Positions 29,570-38,801 are shown, numbered from the stretch's first letter. The stretch is 64,000 bases of DNA from an uncultured Candidatus Berkelbacteria bacterium (GCA_963698075.1 OY969116.1:19881-83880); one strand, 5' to 3'. Program-made: numbers and translations. Notes: a model not told the origin generated them from the sequence alone.

Positions 29570-29877
29570 ACGCTTGGCTTCGCTTCCTGGTCTGCGGCCT
29601 TAGCTCTGGATTTTGCCCAACATTCAGCGCAAAGGACATCATTAGGATCTCTTGGCTGGAAGTTAACTTCGCCTTCCTTGCCACATTCTTTGCAGATGAT
29701 CGAATATTTTTGCGTGTTTTCCCGTGTTTTTCTTTGTTTACGACAATCGGGACAGCGGCCAGGAGGATTTTGTAAACCTTTATCAGCGTAAAATTGTTGT
29801 TCGCCAGCAGACCAAATAAATTCCTTAGAACATTCCTTGCAGTTTAATTTTTTGTCTTCAAAATTCATTATTACCAT
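29566..29877 (-). CDS. Zinc-ribbon / CxxC-x17-CxxC domain protein
   Basis: DK.L.CKEC..EF.WSAGEQ.FY..KGL.N.P.RC..CR plus a second CxxC pair. Confidence 0.85.
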   Translation of the reverse strand: MVIMNFEDKKLNCKECSKEFIWSAGEQQFYADKGLQNPPGRCPDCRKQRKTRENTQKYSIICKECGKEGEVNFQPRDPNDVLCAECWAKSRAKAADQEAKPSV

Positions 29878-29983
29878 TACCTTGTGTTTAATTGAGGGTT
29901 CGACCGACTAAAACTTTTTGTTTTACCCCTTCAATTGTAAAAGAAAAGTTTTCTTTTTGTCAAATGTAGGTTACAATCCAAAT

Positions 29984-30634
29984 ATGAAAATCAGTGAGAT
30001 TTTTAAATTACAAGCCGATGACTTAAAGTTTGCCCACGCTTATTTAGTCAAAGATTTTTTTGATACCCGCGAAACTGCCAAACTTCTAGAGATAAATGGG
30101 CCAGATCTTTTAGAAATTAAAGAAAAACCTCTTATCATCAAGACGATTCGTCAGTTGATTCATTGGTTAGCCTTAAAACCTCATAGTTCTCCTAGAAAAT
30201 TAGCCATCATTTATCAGGCAGAGGCTATGACCGTAGAAGCAGCCAATGCTCTTTTAAAAACCCTTGAGGAACCACCAAAAGATTCAGTCTTAATTTTACA
30301 AGCCCAGAATTTAGATCAGATTTTGCCGACGATTGCTTCGCGATGTCAATTTATCCGAGGCGAGCAATTGAAAAAAGATACACCCTTGGATTATCAATCG
30401 CCAGAAATATTAGCCCAAAAAAATTTAAAAGCACGCTTTGATTATGCTACCCAGATTAGTGATTTAGAAAATTTGAAGGAGATAATTAATGCCTGGGAAG
30501 AATATTTTTCTTCTAAATTATTGCAAGGTCAAGATTCTAGGGCGATATTAAGAAAAATTGGAAAGACAAGAGATTTACTTTTAACCAATGCTTCTGTAAA
30601 ATTACTTTTAGAGAACCTTTTATTGGATTTTTAA
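29984..30634 (+). CDS. holB: DNA polymerase III delta' subunit (short form)
   Basis: AANALLKTLEEPP, LPTIASRCQ. Confidence 0.85.
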   Translation: MKISEIFKLQADDLKFAHAYLVKDFFDTRETAKLLEINGPDLLEIKEKPLIIKTIRQLIHWLALKPHSSPRKLAIIYQAEAMTVEAANALLKTLEEPPKDSVLILQAQNLDQILPTIASRCQFIRGEQLKKDTPLDYQSPEILAQKNLKARFDYATQISDLENLKEIINAWEEYFSSKLLQGQDSRAILRKIGKTRDLLLTNASVKLLLENLLLDF

Positions 30635-30635
30635 G

Positions 30636-31292
30636 ATGAAACAAGTTTTACTTCGTTTCCCGACAACTGGAAAAGTCTATTTGTATAAGACATCTTTAGA
30701 TTTGAGCCCACGTGATGTTGTTTTGGCTGACTTTGGCGGAATTGTTGAGGAGGCTGTGGTGATTGCCAAAAATGATAAAATTGGCGAAATTGAGGAGAGT
30801 AGCGATCAGATTTTAAGAATTGTAACTTGTCAAGACCGCGAGCATCGTTCCCAGTTAAAAAAAATTGCCAGAAACTTGATCGAAGAAACTCAAAAAAAAG
30901 TTAATCGACATAGTCTGAAGATGACAATTCTTGACGCCGATCTTTCTTTTGATGAAAAAAAATTAACTTTTTATTTTAGTGCCAGAAGCCGCGTAGATTT
31001 TCGCAGTCTTGTCACTGATTTAGTTAAAAGCTATAACAAGTTAATTCGTCTTCAGCAGGTGGGGGCACGAGATGAGGCTCGATTCTTTGGCGGGATCGGT
31101 AAATGCGGAAGAGAGCTTTGCTGTAATAAATTTTTAAACAATCTTGAAAGCATTACCCTCGAGATGGCCGAGCTTCAAGAACTCTCGACTGCCGGTTCTG
31201 CCAAGCTCTCGGGTTGTTGTGGGAAATTGATGTGTTGTTTGGCTTTCGAAGCCCAAAATTACCCTAAGAAGACAAAAGAATCGAGGTTTTAA
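30636..31292 (+). CDS. ricT: PSP1-domain protein RicT/YaaT
   Basis: RVDFR.LV, GARDEA, G.CGRELCC, SGCCGKLMCCL; follows holB. Confidence 0.9.
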   Translation: MKQVLLRFPTTGKVYLYKTSLDLSPRDVVLADFGGIVEEAVVIAKNDKIGEIEESSDQILRIVTCQDREHRSQLKKIARNLIEETQKKVNRHSLKMTILDADLSFDEKKLTFYFSARSRVDFRSLVTDLVKSYNKLIRLQQVGARDEARFFGGIGKCGRELCCNKFLNNLESITLEMAELQELSTAGSAKLSGCCGKLMCCLAFEAQNYPKKTKESRF

Positions 31293-31293
31293 C

Positions 31294-31794
31294 ATGATTG
31301 GCATTATTATCGTGGTGGCGGCAATTGTCGTGATTATAGTTTTGATTGCTCGTCGTCTCCCAGATGCCCGGGCGAAAATGTATCAATCACGCGAAGTTTC
31401 CGACCAAGAGATTAGTCTATACGGTTTAATCGCTCAGGCAGATGAGGCCTTTGAGGGGAAAAATTATGAGGAAGCGGAGAATACCTATGTTAAAGCCGCT
31501 TCTCAGGACCCTGACAATCCAAAAATATATTCTCGATTAGGCGCCATTTATTTAGAACAAAAGAATTTTTATGATGCTCGAGATGCTTTTTTGCAAGCGG
31601 CCAAAATCGAACCAGATTTAGCTTCTCGACACATCAATCTCGGTTTGGCTTACATGGGCCTTAAAGATTATTATAAAGCCGGCGAATCATTCAAGAAAGC
31701 CTTAGAGCTCGATCCTAAAAATAAAAAATATGAGCGTTTGTGGGACAAAGCGGAAAAAGCGCAGGAGAAAAGAGAAAAGAAAAAGATAAAATAG
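31294..31794 (+). CDS. Membrane-anchored TPR protein
   Basis: N-terminal TM followed by about three TPR repeats. Confidence 0.85.
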   Translation: MIGIIIVVAAIVVIIVLIARRLPDARAKMYQSREVSDQEISLYGLIAQADEAFEGKNYEEAENTYVKAASQDPDNPKIYSRLGAIYLEQKNFYDARDAFLQAAKIEPDLASRHINLGLAYMGLKDYYKAGESFKKALELDPKNKKYERLWDKAEKAQEKREKKKIK

Positions 31795-32003
31795 CCCCCA
31801 TAGCTTAGTGGCAGAGCAGTAGTTTTGTGGGCCATTTGCCGTCTGCGCCGACGTAGCTCAGTGGTAGAGCAGCTGTTTTGTAAACAGTAGGTCGGAGGTT
31901 CGAATCCTCTCGTCGGCTTAGACGGGAGACGGCAAATCAAACTATTGACGTAGGTTCGCACTTGGTCGCGAGACCAAAGGCATTTTTCCCTCTGGGGGCT
32001 CCA
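31794..32003 (+). other. Interrupted outer tRNA-Thr(TGT)-like gene enclosing an intact tRNA-Thr
   Basis: gccccca/tgggggc acceptor + T + CCA; D arm; gtagt/actat anticodon stem split after TGT; T arm interrupted and imperfect. Confidence 0.65.
31847..31918 (+). tRNA. tRNA-Thr(TGT), intact
   Basis: gccgacg/cgtcggc, gctgt-tt-tgt-aa-acagt, GGTTCGAATCC. Confidence 0.95.
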
Positions 32004-32053
32004 TTTATTTTTCCTTGAGAAAACACAAAAAAAATGCTAAAATAACCTTGATA

Positions 32054-32278
32054 GCCGGGTTGGCCTCGCCAAGGCGGGGTAAACTCCGTACATCGTGCCG
32101 AGGTACCGAAGTGGTCAAACGGGGCTGACTGTAAATCAGCTGCCTTTATGGCTTCGGGGGTTCGAATCCCTCCCTCGGCACAAACCTGACTGCTTGCCCC
32201 GCAAACGAGCGAAGCGAGATGTGCTGGGGTAAATCAGGCGCCTTTATGGCTACGGGAGTGCAAATCTCTCACCCGGCA
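32054..32278 (+). other. Interrupted outer tRNA-Tyr(GTA)-like gene enclosing an intact tRNA-Tyr
   Basis: gccgggt/acccggc acceptor, cctga/tcagg anticodon stem with 37-nt insert, variable arm core matching the inner tRNA, gggag-tgcaaat-ctctc T arm. Confidence 0.7.
32097..32180 (+). tRNA. tRNA-Tyr(GTA), intact
   Basis: gccgagg/cctcggc, gctga-ct-gta-aa-tcagc, long variable arm, GGTTCGAATCC. Confidence 0.95.
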
Positions 32279-32281
32279 TTT

Positions 32282-32353
32282 GCCCACCTAGCTCAGCGGT
32301 AGAGCAACTCCATGGTAAGGAGTAGGTCACCGGTTCAAATCCGGTGGTGGGCT
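32282..32353 (+). tRNA. tRNA-Thr(GGT)
   Basis: gcccacc/ggtgggc, actcc-at-ggt-aa-ggagt, GGTTCAAATCC. Confidence 0.95.
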
Positions 32354-32380
32354 AAGAAATTATCTAAAGAAAGGAATATT

Positions 32381-32560
32381 ATAGCCAAGGCCAAATCGAT
32401 TTTAATTCAACTAGAATGTACGGTTTGTAAGTCGAAAAATTACACCACTAGTAAAAATCCAACAGAGAATAAAGAAAAGTTAGGTTTAAATAAATTTTGT
32501 AAAAAGTGCCGCAAGCATACCTTGCATAAAGAAGTTAAAATTTCGAAGCCTAAGAAGTAA
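32381..32560 (+). CDS. rpmG: 50S ribosomal protein L33, apparent ATA start
   Basis: LECTVCK..NYTTSKN...KL.L.KFC..CRKHTLHKE; AAGGA RBS upstream. Confidence 0.9.
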   Translation: MAKAKSILIQLECTVCKSKNYTTSKNPTENKEKLGLNKFCKKCRKHTLHKEVKISKPKK

Positions 32561-32565
32561 TAATT

Positions 32566-32639
32566 GGGCCTGTAGTTTAGTGGTAAAACGGCGGTCTCCA
32601 AAACCGCAGTCGGGCGTCCGATTCGCTCCAGGCCTGCCA
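32566..32639 (+). tRNA. tRNA-Trp(CCA)
   Basis: gggcctg/caggcct, gcggt-ct-cca-aa-accgc, encoded CCA; atypical T-loop TCCGATT. Confidence 0.9.
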
Positions 32640-32806
32640 GAAATAAACCTTTCGAACGACTCGGGGTTGACGATTTTTGATTAGTTTATTACAATTGAAT
32701 TAAGATAGATCCCGCCTACGCCAAACCTTTTCAAGAAGTAGGTGATTTTTCCTCTTCTTGAATTATGTTTGGACTTCGGCGGGCAAGTCTCCTTCAAGGA
32801 GGGAGT

Positions 32807-35044
32807 TTGATTGTAGCCAATGATAAAAAATTAATTGATGTTCTCGTGGACACCGGTAAAATCAAAAAAGAAAATGTCCGTGATTTTGGAAATTTGTCTA
32901 ACCAGACCCTAGAGGACAAACTTAAAGCTCAAGGTATCCTCTCGGAGGAAGATATCAATCGGGCCTATGGGATTCTTTATGCGTTGCCTGCTATAAATTT
33001 GAAAGACCTGAAGATCCCCAAAGAAACTTTGGCGATAATTCCGGAGAACTTGGCCCGGCAATATAAAATTGTTGCTTACGAAAAAACGAATGATGTTCTT
33101 AAGGTTGCCGTGGCTGAACCAGGAAAATTATCGACGAACCTTAACCAGGTTTTGGAAGACATCAAAACCAAGAAAGGTTTAAAAATTATGCTAGCAATGA
33201 CCTCGATGGAAGATTTGAATTTTGCTATAGAACAATACTTTCATCGAAAAACTCCTCCAGCTGTCACCCAAAAGGCCAGTCGCGAGATTAATTTGGAAAC
33301 AATCCAAATTCCTTATGAAGTTATAAGCAAGTTTCCTGAAGATATTGCCCGCAAATATAAAATGGTCGTTTTTGAAGCCCCACATCCATCTTTCATCAAG
33401 GTGGCTGTGGCCGATCCTAGCGATAAAAAGGTGAGAGAAATCCTTGATTTTATTAGAGAAAAAAATGATATCGCTATTGAAGAATACATCGCCACACCTG
33501 GTCAAATTCATCAAAGCTTCAGGTTCTATGAACCTCCAAAAACAGCTATTTCGTCTTCAACGGAGTCGACGGTTGCCAATAAGCCAGCGCCACCAAGTGT
33601 TAGTTTACCGCCAATAACTCAGGCAGTTCCTGAATTAGCTCCTAAAAAATTTGTATCTAGGCCCGCCCCGCCTGTCTCGCCGAGCCAAGGCGGACCGCCC
33701 GGAGCGCCAATTACCAAACCTGTTCCCGCCCAAAAGACATCACTTAAAGAAGAAGAAATTCCTGAAGTGCAAGGCAAGGAGACCGAAACTCCTCTTGATA
33801 TCTCCAATGAAAATGATTTGGATACTTTTCTGGGTCAGGAGATTAAAGATGTTGGTGATCTCCAGGCATTTGCCGAAGGGGAACATATTCCTAAAACTAT
33901 CGCCGCCATTATTGCTTTAGCTGTTCGCAACAAAGCTTCCGATATTCATATCGAGCCCACGGAAAAATTTTTGAGAGTTCGTTATCGAATCGATGGCATT
34001 TTACGCGATATTATTAAACTGCCTTTAGAACAACAGCCGGCGATTATTTCCCGAATAAAAATCTTATCAAATTTAAAAATCGATGAGTCTCGCATTCCCC
34101 AAGATGGTCGTTTTGATGTAAAAACCAGTAATCATCAAATTGACTTAAGAATTTCGACTTTGCCAACCGTCAATGGCGAAAAGGCCGCGATGAGAATTTT
34201 GGATAAATCTCTCCAGATGTACACTCTTGAAGAACTTGGTTTAGCTGGTCGAGGTCTCAAAATTTTAATTGAAAATATCGATAAACCATATGGTATCGTC
34301 TTGGCAACCGGTCCGACTGGCTCTGGCAAATCCACGACTTTGTATGCTATCTTGAGCCGAATTTCCACCGCTTCCGTCAACATTATTACTTTGGAAGATC
34401 CGGTGGAGTATGAATTACCGGGCTTGAATCAATGTCAAATCAAACCGAAAATTGGCTTCACTTTTGCCAATGGACTCCGCAGTGTTCTTCGTCAAGATCC
34501 CAATATTATTATGGTTGGTGAAATCCGCGATGCGGAGACGGCTTCTCTGGCTACCCACGCTGCTTTAACTGGCCAACTGGTCTTGTCGACCCTCCATACC
34601 AACGATGCGACAGGAGCTTTGCCGCGACTAACTAATATGGGAGTTGAGCCCTTTTTGATTACTTCATCGACCAATTGTATCATTGGCCAAAGATTGGTCA
34701 GACGGCTCTGCGCCAAATGCAAGCGACCAGCCCATATCCCCGAACCAGTCGAAAAAGAAATCGAAAGGGAATTGGCTAAATTCAATTTACCCAAGCCGTA
34801 TCATTTTTTTGAAGGCAAAGGTTGTCCGGAGTGTAATCAAGGTTATCAAGGGAGAGTCGGAATTTTTGAAGTTTTACCGATGTCAGAAAAAATCGAAAAT
34901 CTGGCGATTACCCGTCGGCCAGCATCAGAAATCAAAACTGCCGCGATTGAAGAAGGCATGATTACGATGAAGCAAGATGGTTTAATCAAGGCAATCAAAG
35001 GGATCACCACTGTCAATGAAGTTTTAAGAGTAGTGTCAATATAA
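32807..35044 (+). CDS. pilB: Type IV pilus assembly ATPase (PilB/GspE family)
   Basis: ASDIHIEP, GPTGSGKST, LRQDP, tetracysteine motif; two N-terminal domains; TTG start after GGAGGG (ORF open from 32765). Confidence 0.92.
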   Translation: MIVANDKKLIDVLVDTGKIKKENVRDFGNLSNQTLEDKLKAQGILSEEDINRAYGILYALPAINLKDLKIPKETLAIIPENLARQYKIVAYEKTNDVLKVAVAEPGKLSTNLNQVLEDIKTKKGLKIMLAMTSMEDLNFAIEQYFHRKTPPAVTQKASREINLETIQIPYEVISKFPEDIARKYKMVVFEAPHPSFIKVAVADPSDKKVREILDFIREKNDIAIEEYIATPGQIHQSFRFYEPPKTAISSSTESTVANKPAPPSVSLPPITQAVPELAPKKFVSRPAPPVSPSQGGPPGAPITKPVPAQKTSLKEEEIPEVQGKETETPLDISNENDLDTFLGQEIKDVGDLQAFAEGEHIPKTIAAIIALAVRNKASDIHIEPTEKFLRVRYRIDGILRDIIKLPLEQQPAIISRIKILSNLKIDESRIPQDGRFDVKTSNHQIDLRISTLPTVNGEKAAMRILDKSLQMYTLEELGLAGRGLKILIENIDKPYGIVLATGPTGSGKSTTLYAILSRISTASVNIITLEDPVEYELPGLNQCQIKPKIGFTFANGLRSVLRQDPNIIMVGEIRDAETASLATHAALTGQLVLSTLHTNDATGALPRLTNMGVEPFLITSSTNCIIGQRLVRRLCAKCKRPAHIPEPVEKEIERELAKFNLPKPYHFFEGKGCPECNQGYQGRVGIFEVLPMSEKIENLAITRRPASEIKTAAIEEGMITMKQDGLIKAIKGITTVNEVLRVVSI

Positions 35045-35045
35045 A

Positions 35046-35138
35046 TAACTAAAAACTAAAATGTAAAAACTAAAAACTACAGCTTAAAGCATAAAAAAAT
35101 CGATATCATTTAACATTTGCGTTTTAAGCTTTAAGTTT
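35046..35138. repeat. Empty heptad inverted-repeat element (pilB|pilT)
   Basis: taaaaac/taaaatg/taaagca units, then tttaaca/tttaagc/tttaagt units. Confidence 0.75.
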
Positions 35139-35151
35139 GACCGGAGGGAAC

Positions 35152-36219
35152 ATGCAAATTACATTAGATCCAACGATGAAAAAACTTCTCGATCTCGCGA
35201 TCGAAAGGAAGGCCTCTGATCTCCATTTAACCGTCGGGGTGCCGCCAACTATCCGTATTGATGGTAAATTAAGTGCTGTCCCCGATGAACCGGTTTTGAC
35301 CACCGAGACGGTCTCCAGGCTGATTCAGTCTTTTATGACGAGTGAGCAATTGGAGCGGCTAAAAATTCGCAAAGAAGTTGATTTTTCCTTTGGTTATCAG
35401 GATATGCGTTTTCGGACTAATACTTATTTTCAAAAAGGTAACCTTGCCGCTTCTTTGAGGTTAATTCCTAAACTTATCAAAAGCATTAACGAACTAGGTT
35501 TACCGCCAATTTTGGAGAAGTTTACCAATCCTTCGCAAGGATTTTTTATCATTACTGGGCCAACCGGCCATGGCAAATCCACCACCTTGGCGGCGATGAT
35601 TAACCATATTAATCACAACCGTGCGGAGCATATCGTTACCATTGAAGACCCAGTCGAATATGTTTTTGAACATGATAAGTCGATTATTTCCCAAAGAGAA
35701 GTCGGTTCAGACACCAATTCTTTTGCGAGAGCCTTACGCTCTTCTTTGCGCGAAGATCCTAATGTTGTTTTGGTAGGGGAAATGCGTGATCTCGAGACTA
35801 TTGATGCCGCCCTAACCTTGGCCGAAACTGGCCATTTGGTTTATACCACCTTACATACCAATTCCGCCTCTCAGACAGCTGATCGTATCATTGATGTTTT
35901 TCCTCCTCATCAACAACAGCAAGTTCGGATGCAGTTGGCCAATGTCTTGCTTGGGGTTGTCTCGCAAAGATTAATCCCAAGAACCTCCGGCGGTCGAATT
36001 GTTGCTTGTGAAATTATGGTCGCCAATTCCGCTGTTAGAGCCACCATTCGTGAGGGTAAAACTCATCAATTGCCCAACATCATCCAAACTTCAGCCTCAG
36101 AAGGAATGATTACCTTAGATAAAGTCTTGGCTGAATTGGTTAGTAAAGGCGAAATCACCATTGATAATGCCTTAACCTGGTCACTCGATCCCAAAGCGTT
36201 TAAGATGATGGTGTATTAG
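35152..36219 (+). CDS. pilT: Type IV pilus retraction ATPase
   Basis: ASDLHL, GPTGHGKST, LREDP, AETGHLV, AIRNLIRE-like AVRATIRE. Confidence 0.94.
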   Translation: MQITLDPTMKKLLDLAIERKASDLHLTVGVPPTIRIDGKLSAVPDEPVLTTETVSRLIQSFMTSEQLERLKIRKEVDFSFGYQDMRFRTNTYFQKGNLAASLRLIPKLIKSINELGLPPILEKFTNPSQGFFIITGPTGHGKSTTLAAMINHINHNRAEHIVTIEDPVEYVFEHDKSIISQREVGSDTNSFARALRSSLREDPNVVLVGEMRDLETIDAALTLAETGHLVYTTLHTNSASQTADRIIDVFPPHQQQQVRMQLANVLLGVVSQRLIPRTSGGRIVACEIMVANSAVRATIREGKTHQLPNIIQTSASEGMITLDKVLAELVSKGEITIDNALTWSLDPKAFKMMVY

Positions 36220-36334
36220 AAAGCTTAAAGCTAAAAGCTTAAAGCTAAAAACTGCAATTTAAAATAAAAAAGAAAATAAAATCATTTTAAACTTTTTGCT
36301 GAAGCTTTAACATTTAACCTTTAAGTTTTAACAT
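36220..36334. repeat. Empty heptad inverted-repeat element (pilT|pilC)
   Basis: aaagctt/aaagcta x4, then aagcttt/aacattt/aaccttt/aagtttt. Confidence 0.8.
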
Positions 36335-36374
36335 AATTATGGTATATTAAATTTATCAAGATAAAAGGAGGGTT

Positions 36375-37433
36375 GTGAAAGATATCGTTCTCTTTTCGAG
36401 GATAACCAATAAGGAAAAGGTTTTTTTCGCCAGACAATTGGCAGTGATGATCTCTTCGGGGCTGGCGATTGATAATGCCATTAATTTGGTGCGCCTACAA
36501 ACCAGGAATGTTGCTTTCAAGCGTGTTTTGGGGCAAGTTTACACCGATGTTCAAGCGGGAGAAAAACTTTCAACTAGTCTGGGTAAATTCCCAAGGGTTT
36601 TTGATCAAGTTTTCATTGCCGTTGTCAGTTCTGGTGAGGCTTCGGGAAAACTTGATAAGGTTTTGACTCATTTAGCCGACAGAATGGAAGAGATGCAAAA
36701 TTTTAAAAGTAAAGTCAGATCAGCCCTCGCTTACCCGATTTTTATCATTGTGATGATGATTTTAGTGATTGCGGTCATGATGATTAAAGTCATCCCGGTT
36801 TTAAAAGGCGTTTTTGAAGATTCGGGGGCGAAATTGCCCTGGACAACCCGAGTGATTATGGCTATTTCCGACTTTATGGTTACCTGGTGGTGGCTGGTGC
36901 TGGCGGCCATCGCTTTCTTGGTTCTTATTTTATGGTTTATCTTTACCCAGACTAAGGGAGGGCGTTTTAGTTGGGATGTAATTAAATTAAAGTTCCCAAT
37001 TGTTCGCTATGTTTCCTATGATATGTATATGGCCAGATTCACGCGTACCTTGGGAATGCTGATTGCCTCCGGCATCCCGATAATCGAGACCATCAAAATT
37101 ACTGCTCGGGCAATGAATAATCGAGTTTACATTCGGATTTTAAAAAATGTCATCAGTCAAGTTGAACGGGGGATTCCCATGTCCGTGCCCTTGGAAAAAG
37201 AAAAAGAGTTTCCGATCCTCGTGCCTCAAATGATTATGGTCGGCGAGCAAACGGGCAAACTCGAGACTTTAATGGAGAAGTTAGCCGATTATTATGAAGG
37301 TGAAGTTGACACCAAAGTGAAAACTATTGCCAGTTTGATTGAACCGGTAACGATTGTGATTGTCGGTGCGGGAGTGGGCTTTTTGGTTTATTCAATTTTA
37401 TATCCAATATATAGTTTGGTAAATGTAATTTAA
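36375..37433 (+). CDS. pilC: Type IV pilus platform protein (T2SS F family)
   Basis: F.RQLA.MI.SG, GE.SG.L, ALAYP, GEQTG.L, IEP. Confidence 0.93.
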   Translation: MKDIVLFSRITNKEKVFFARQLAVMISSGLAIDNAINLVRLQTRNVAFKRVLGQVYTDVQAGEKLSTSLGKFPRVFDQVFIAVVSSGEASGKLDKVLTHLADRMEEMQNFKSKVRSALAYPIFIIVMMILVIAVMMIKVIPVLKGVFEDSGAKLPWTTRVIMAISDFMVTWWWLVLAAIAFLVLILWFIFTQTKGGRFSWDVIKLKFPIVRYVSYDMYMARFTRTLGMLIASGIPIIETIKITARAMNNRVYIRILKNVISQVERGIPMSVPLEKEKEFPILVPQMIMVGEQTGKLETLMEKLADYYEGEVDTKVKTIASLIEPVTIVIVGAGVGFLVYSILYPIYSLVNVI

Positions 37434-37449
37434 CAATTTTCAAACACCA

Positions 37450-37815
37450 ATGACCATTCAAATTCCAAATTCCAATAGAAAATTTGATTTAGAAGAACGG
37501 ACGTTAAAATTCGGGATTGAGATTATCAATTTTGCGAAAACAATAGAACAAACTGCAATATCCAGACCAATAATAAGCCAGTTAGTCAGATCGGGTACAA
37601 GTACTGGTGCGAACTACACGGAAGCAAACGAGTGTAATTTCAAGAAAGATTTTTATCATAAGATCAATTTGGCGAAGAAGGAAGGAAAAGAAACTGTTTA
37701 CTGGTTGAATATTCTTGAGGGTATTATTAACGATAAGAGGAAATTACGATTGTTAAAACAAGAAGCCCACGAATTTGTCTTAATCTTTTCAGCAATACTT
37801 AAAAAGAAGGTTTGA
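37450..37815 (+). CDS. Four helix bundle protein (23S IVS/Avd-like), copy 1
   Basis: DLEERT..F, QL.RSGTS.GANY.EA, KKDF.HK, KE.KET.YWL. Confidence 0.9.
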   Translation: MTIQIPNSNRKFDLEERTLKFGIEIINFAKTIEQTAISRPIISQLVRSGTSTGANYTEANECNFKKDFYHKINLAKKEGKETVYWLNILEGIINDKRKLRLLKQEAHEFVLIFSAILKKKV

Positions 37816-37937
37816 ATTTTGAGATTTATGGTTTGAATGGATGTTGGAATTTATAATTTGGGATTTTAACAAATAAGGTTTGTAAGGTCGATCAACCTTA
37901 AGAAATAATAAATCAAATTAATAAAAGGAGAAAAAAC

Positions 37938-38333
37938 ATGAAACGACGAGGTTTCACTTTAATCGAGTTATTGGTGGTCATCGCGATCATCGGCATCTTG
38001 GCTGCCATGATTTTAGTGGCGCTATCGAGTGCGCGCCAGAAGGCAAGAGTTGCTGCAGGCAAAGGTACTTTATCCGGTATTCCAGCGGCTCTTGCTATCT
38101 GTGCTGATTCGAACAACGGTGCAGGTGCAGCTGTAAACACGCCCGGGACTGACCCCATATGTTCACCTGAGACTACGGATTGGCCGGCTCTTCCTGCTGG
38201 CTGGTCGTGGGGGGCAGCAGGCGGTACACTTCTAGATCCGACTGTTGCAGGTGCTTGTGATGTTTCTAATTGTGGTGGAGCTGGAGTTACAGCTAGTTGC
38301 TCACAGACAGGCTGTACTTTTGTAGGACCTTAA
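37938..38333 (+). CDS. Type IV pilin, probable major subunit
   Basis: [28 protein letters not shown], six Cys, structured 3' region. Confidence 0.88.
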   Translation: MKRRGFTLIELLVVIAIIGILAAMILVALSSARQKARVAAGKGTLSGIPAALAICADSNNGAGAAVNTPGTDPICSPETTDWPALPAGWSWGAAGGTLLDPTVAGACDVSNCGGAGVTASCSQTGCTFVGP

Positions 38334-38340
38334 TCAAGCA

Positions 38341-38423
38341 GATCAGCTCGGATGTTTGTGGAAAATGCCGTACGGCCCACAAAGTCGGGCTGATCCCTTG
38401 ACTCGTTAACTTTGTTAACGAGT
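38341..38423 (+). terminator. Two hairpins after the pilin (stabiliser/terminator)
   Basis: gatcagc...gctgatc long stem; actcgttaac-ttt-gttaacgagt. Confidence 0.6.
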
Positions 38424-38438
38424 AATGACGAAATCAGA

Positions 38439-38801
38439 ATGGCGAATGACGAAAATAAGAAAAGAAAATTTGATTTAGAAGAAAGAACGGCCAAATTCGC
38501 TGAAGATGTTATAGATTTTACGAAAGAATTACCGCGAGATCCAAAATACATAGATACAATTAAACAGCTAATAAATGCAGTGACATCAATTGGTGCCAAC
38601 TACTGCGAAGCTGATGATGCGCAATCTAAAAGGGATTTTACGCACAAAATTGGTATTTGCAAAAAAGAATCAAGAGAAACTAAATATTGGTTAAGAATTA
38701 TTGCTAAAATATTTCCTCAATTTAAAGATAAAGCGCGAAAATTATGGCAGGAAGCAAACGAGTTAAATTTGATTTTCGGAGCCATTAATAGAAAAAAGTA
38801 A
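38439..38801 (+). CDS. Four helix bundle protein, copy 2
   Basis: DLEERTAKF, TSIGANYCEA, SKRDF.HK, KKESRETKYWL. Confidence 0.9.
   Translation: MANDENKKRKFDLEERTAKFAEDVIDFTKELPRDPKYIDTIKQLINAVTSIGANYCEADDAQSKRDFTHKIGICKKESRETKYWLRIIAKIFPQFKDKARKLWQEANELNLIFGAINRKK

Noticed and set aside
31671-31961. 96-aa minus-strand ORF
   Set aside because: Antisense translation of tRNA sequence and the TPR gene end
31829-32229. tRNA inserts as group I or archaeal bulge-helix-bulge introns
   Set aside because: Too short for a group I core once the inner tRNAs are excluded; junctions form asymmetric loops, not bulge-helix-bulge
32312-32380. N-terminal extension of L33 in the ORF track
   Set aside because: The ATG lies within tRNA-Thr(GGT); L33 similarity starts at 32381
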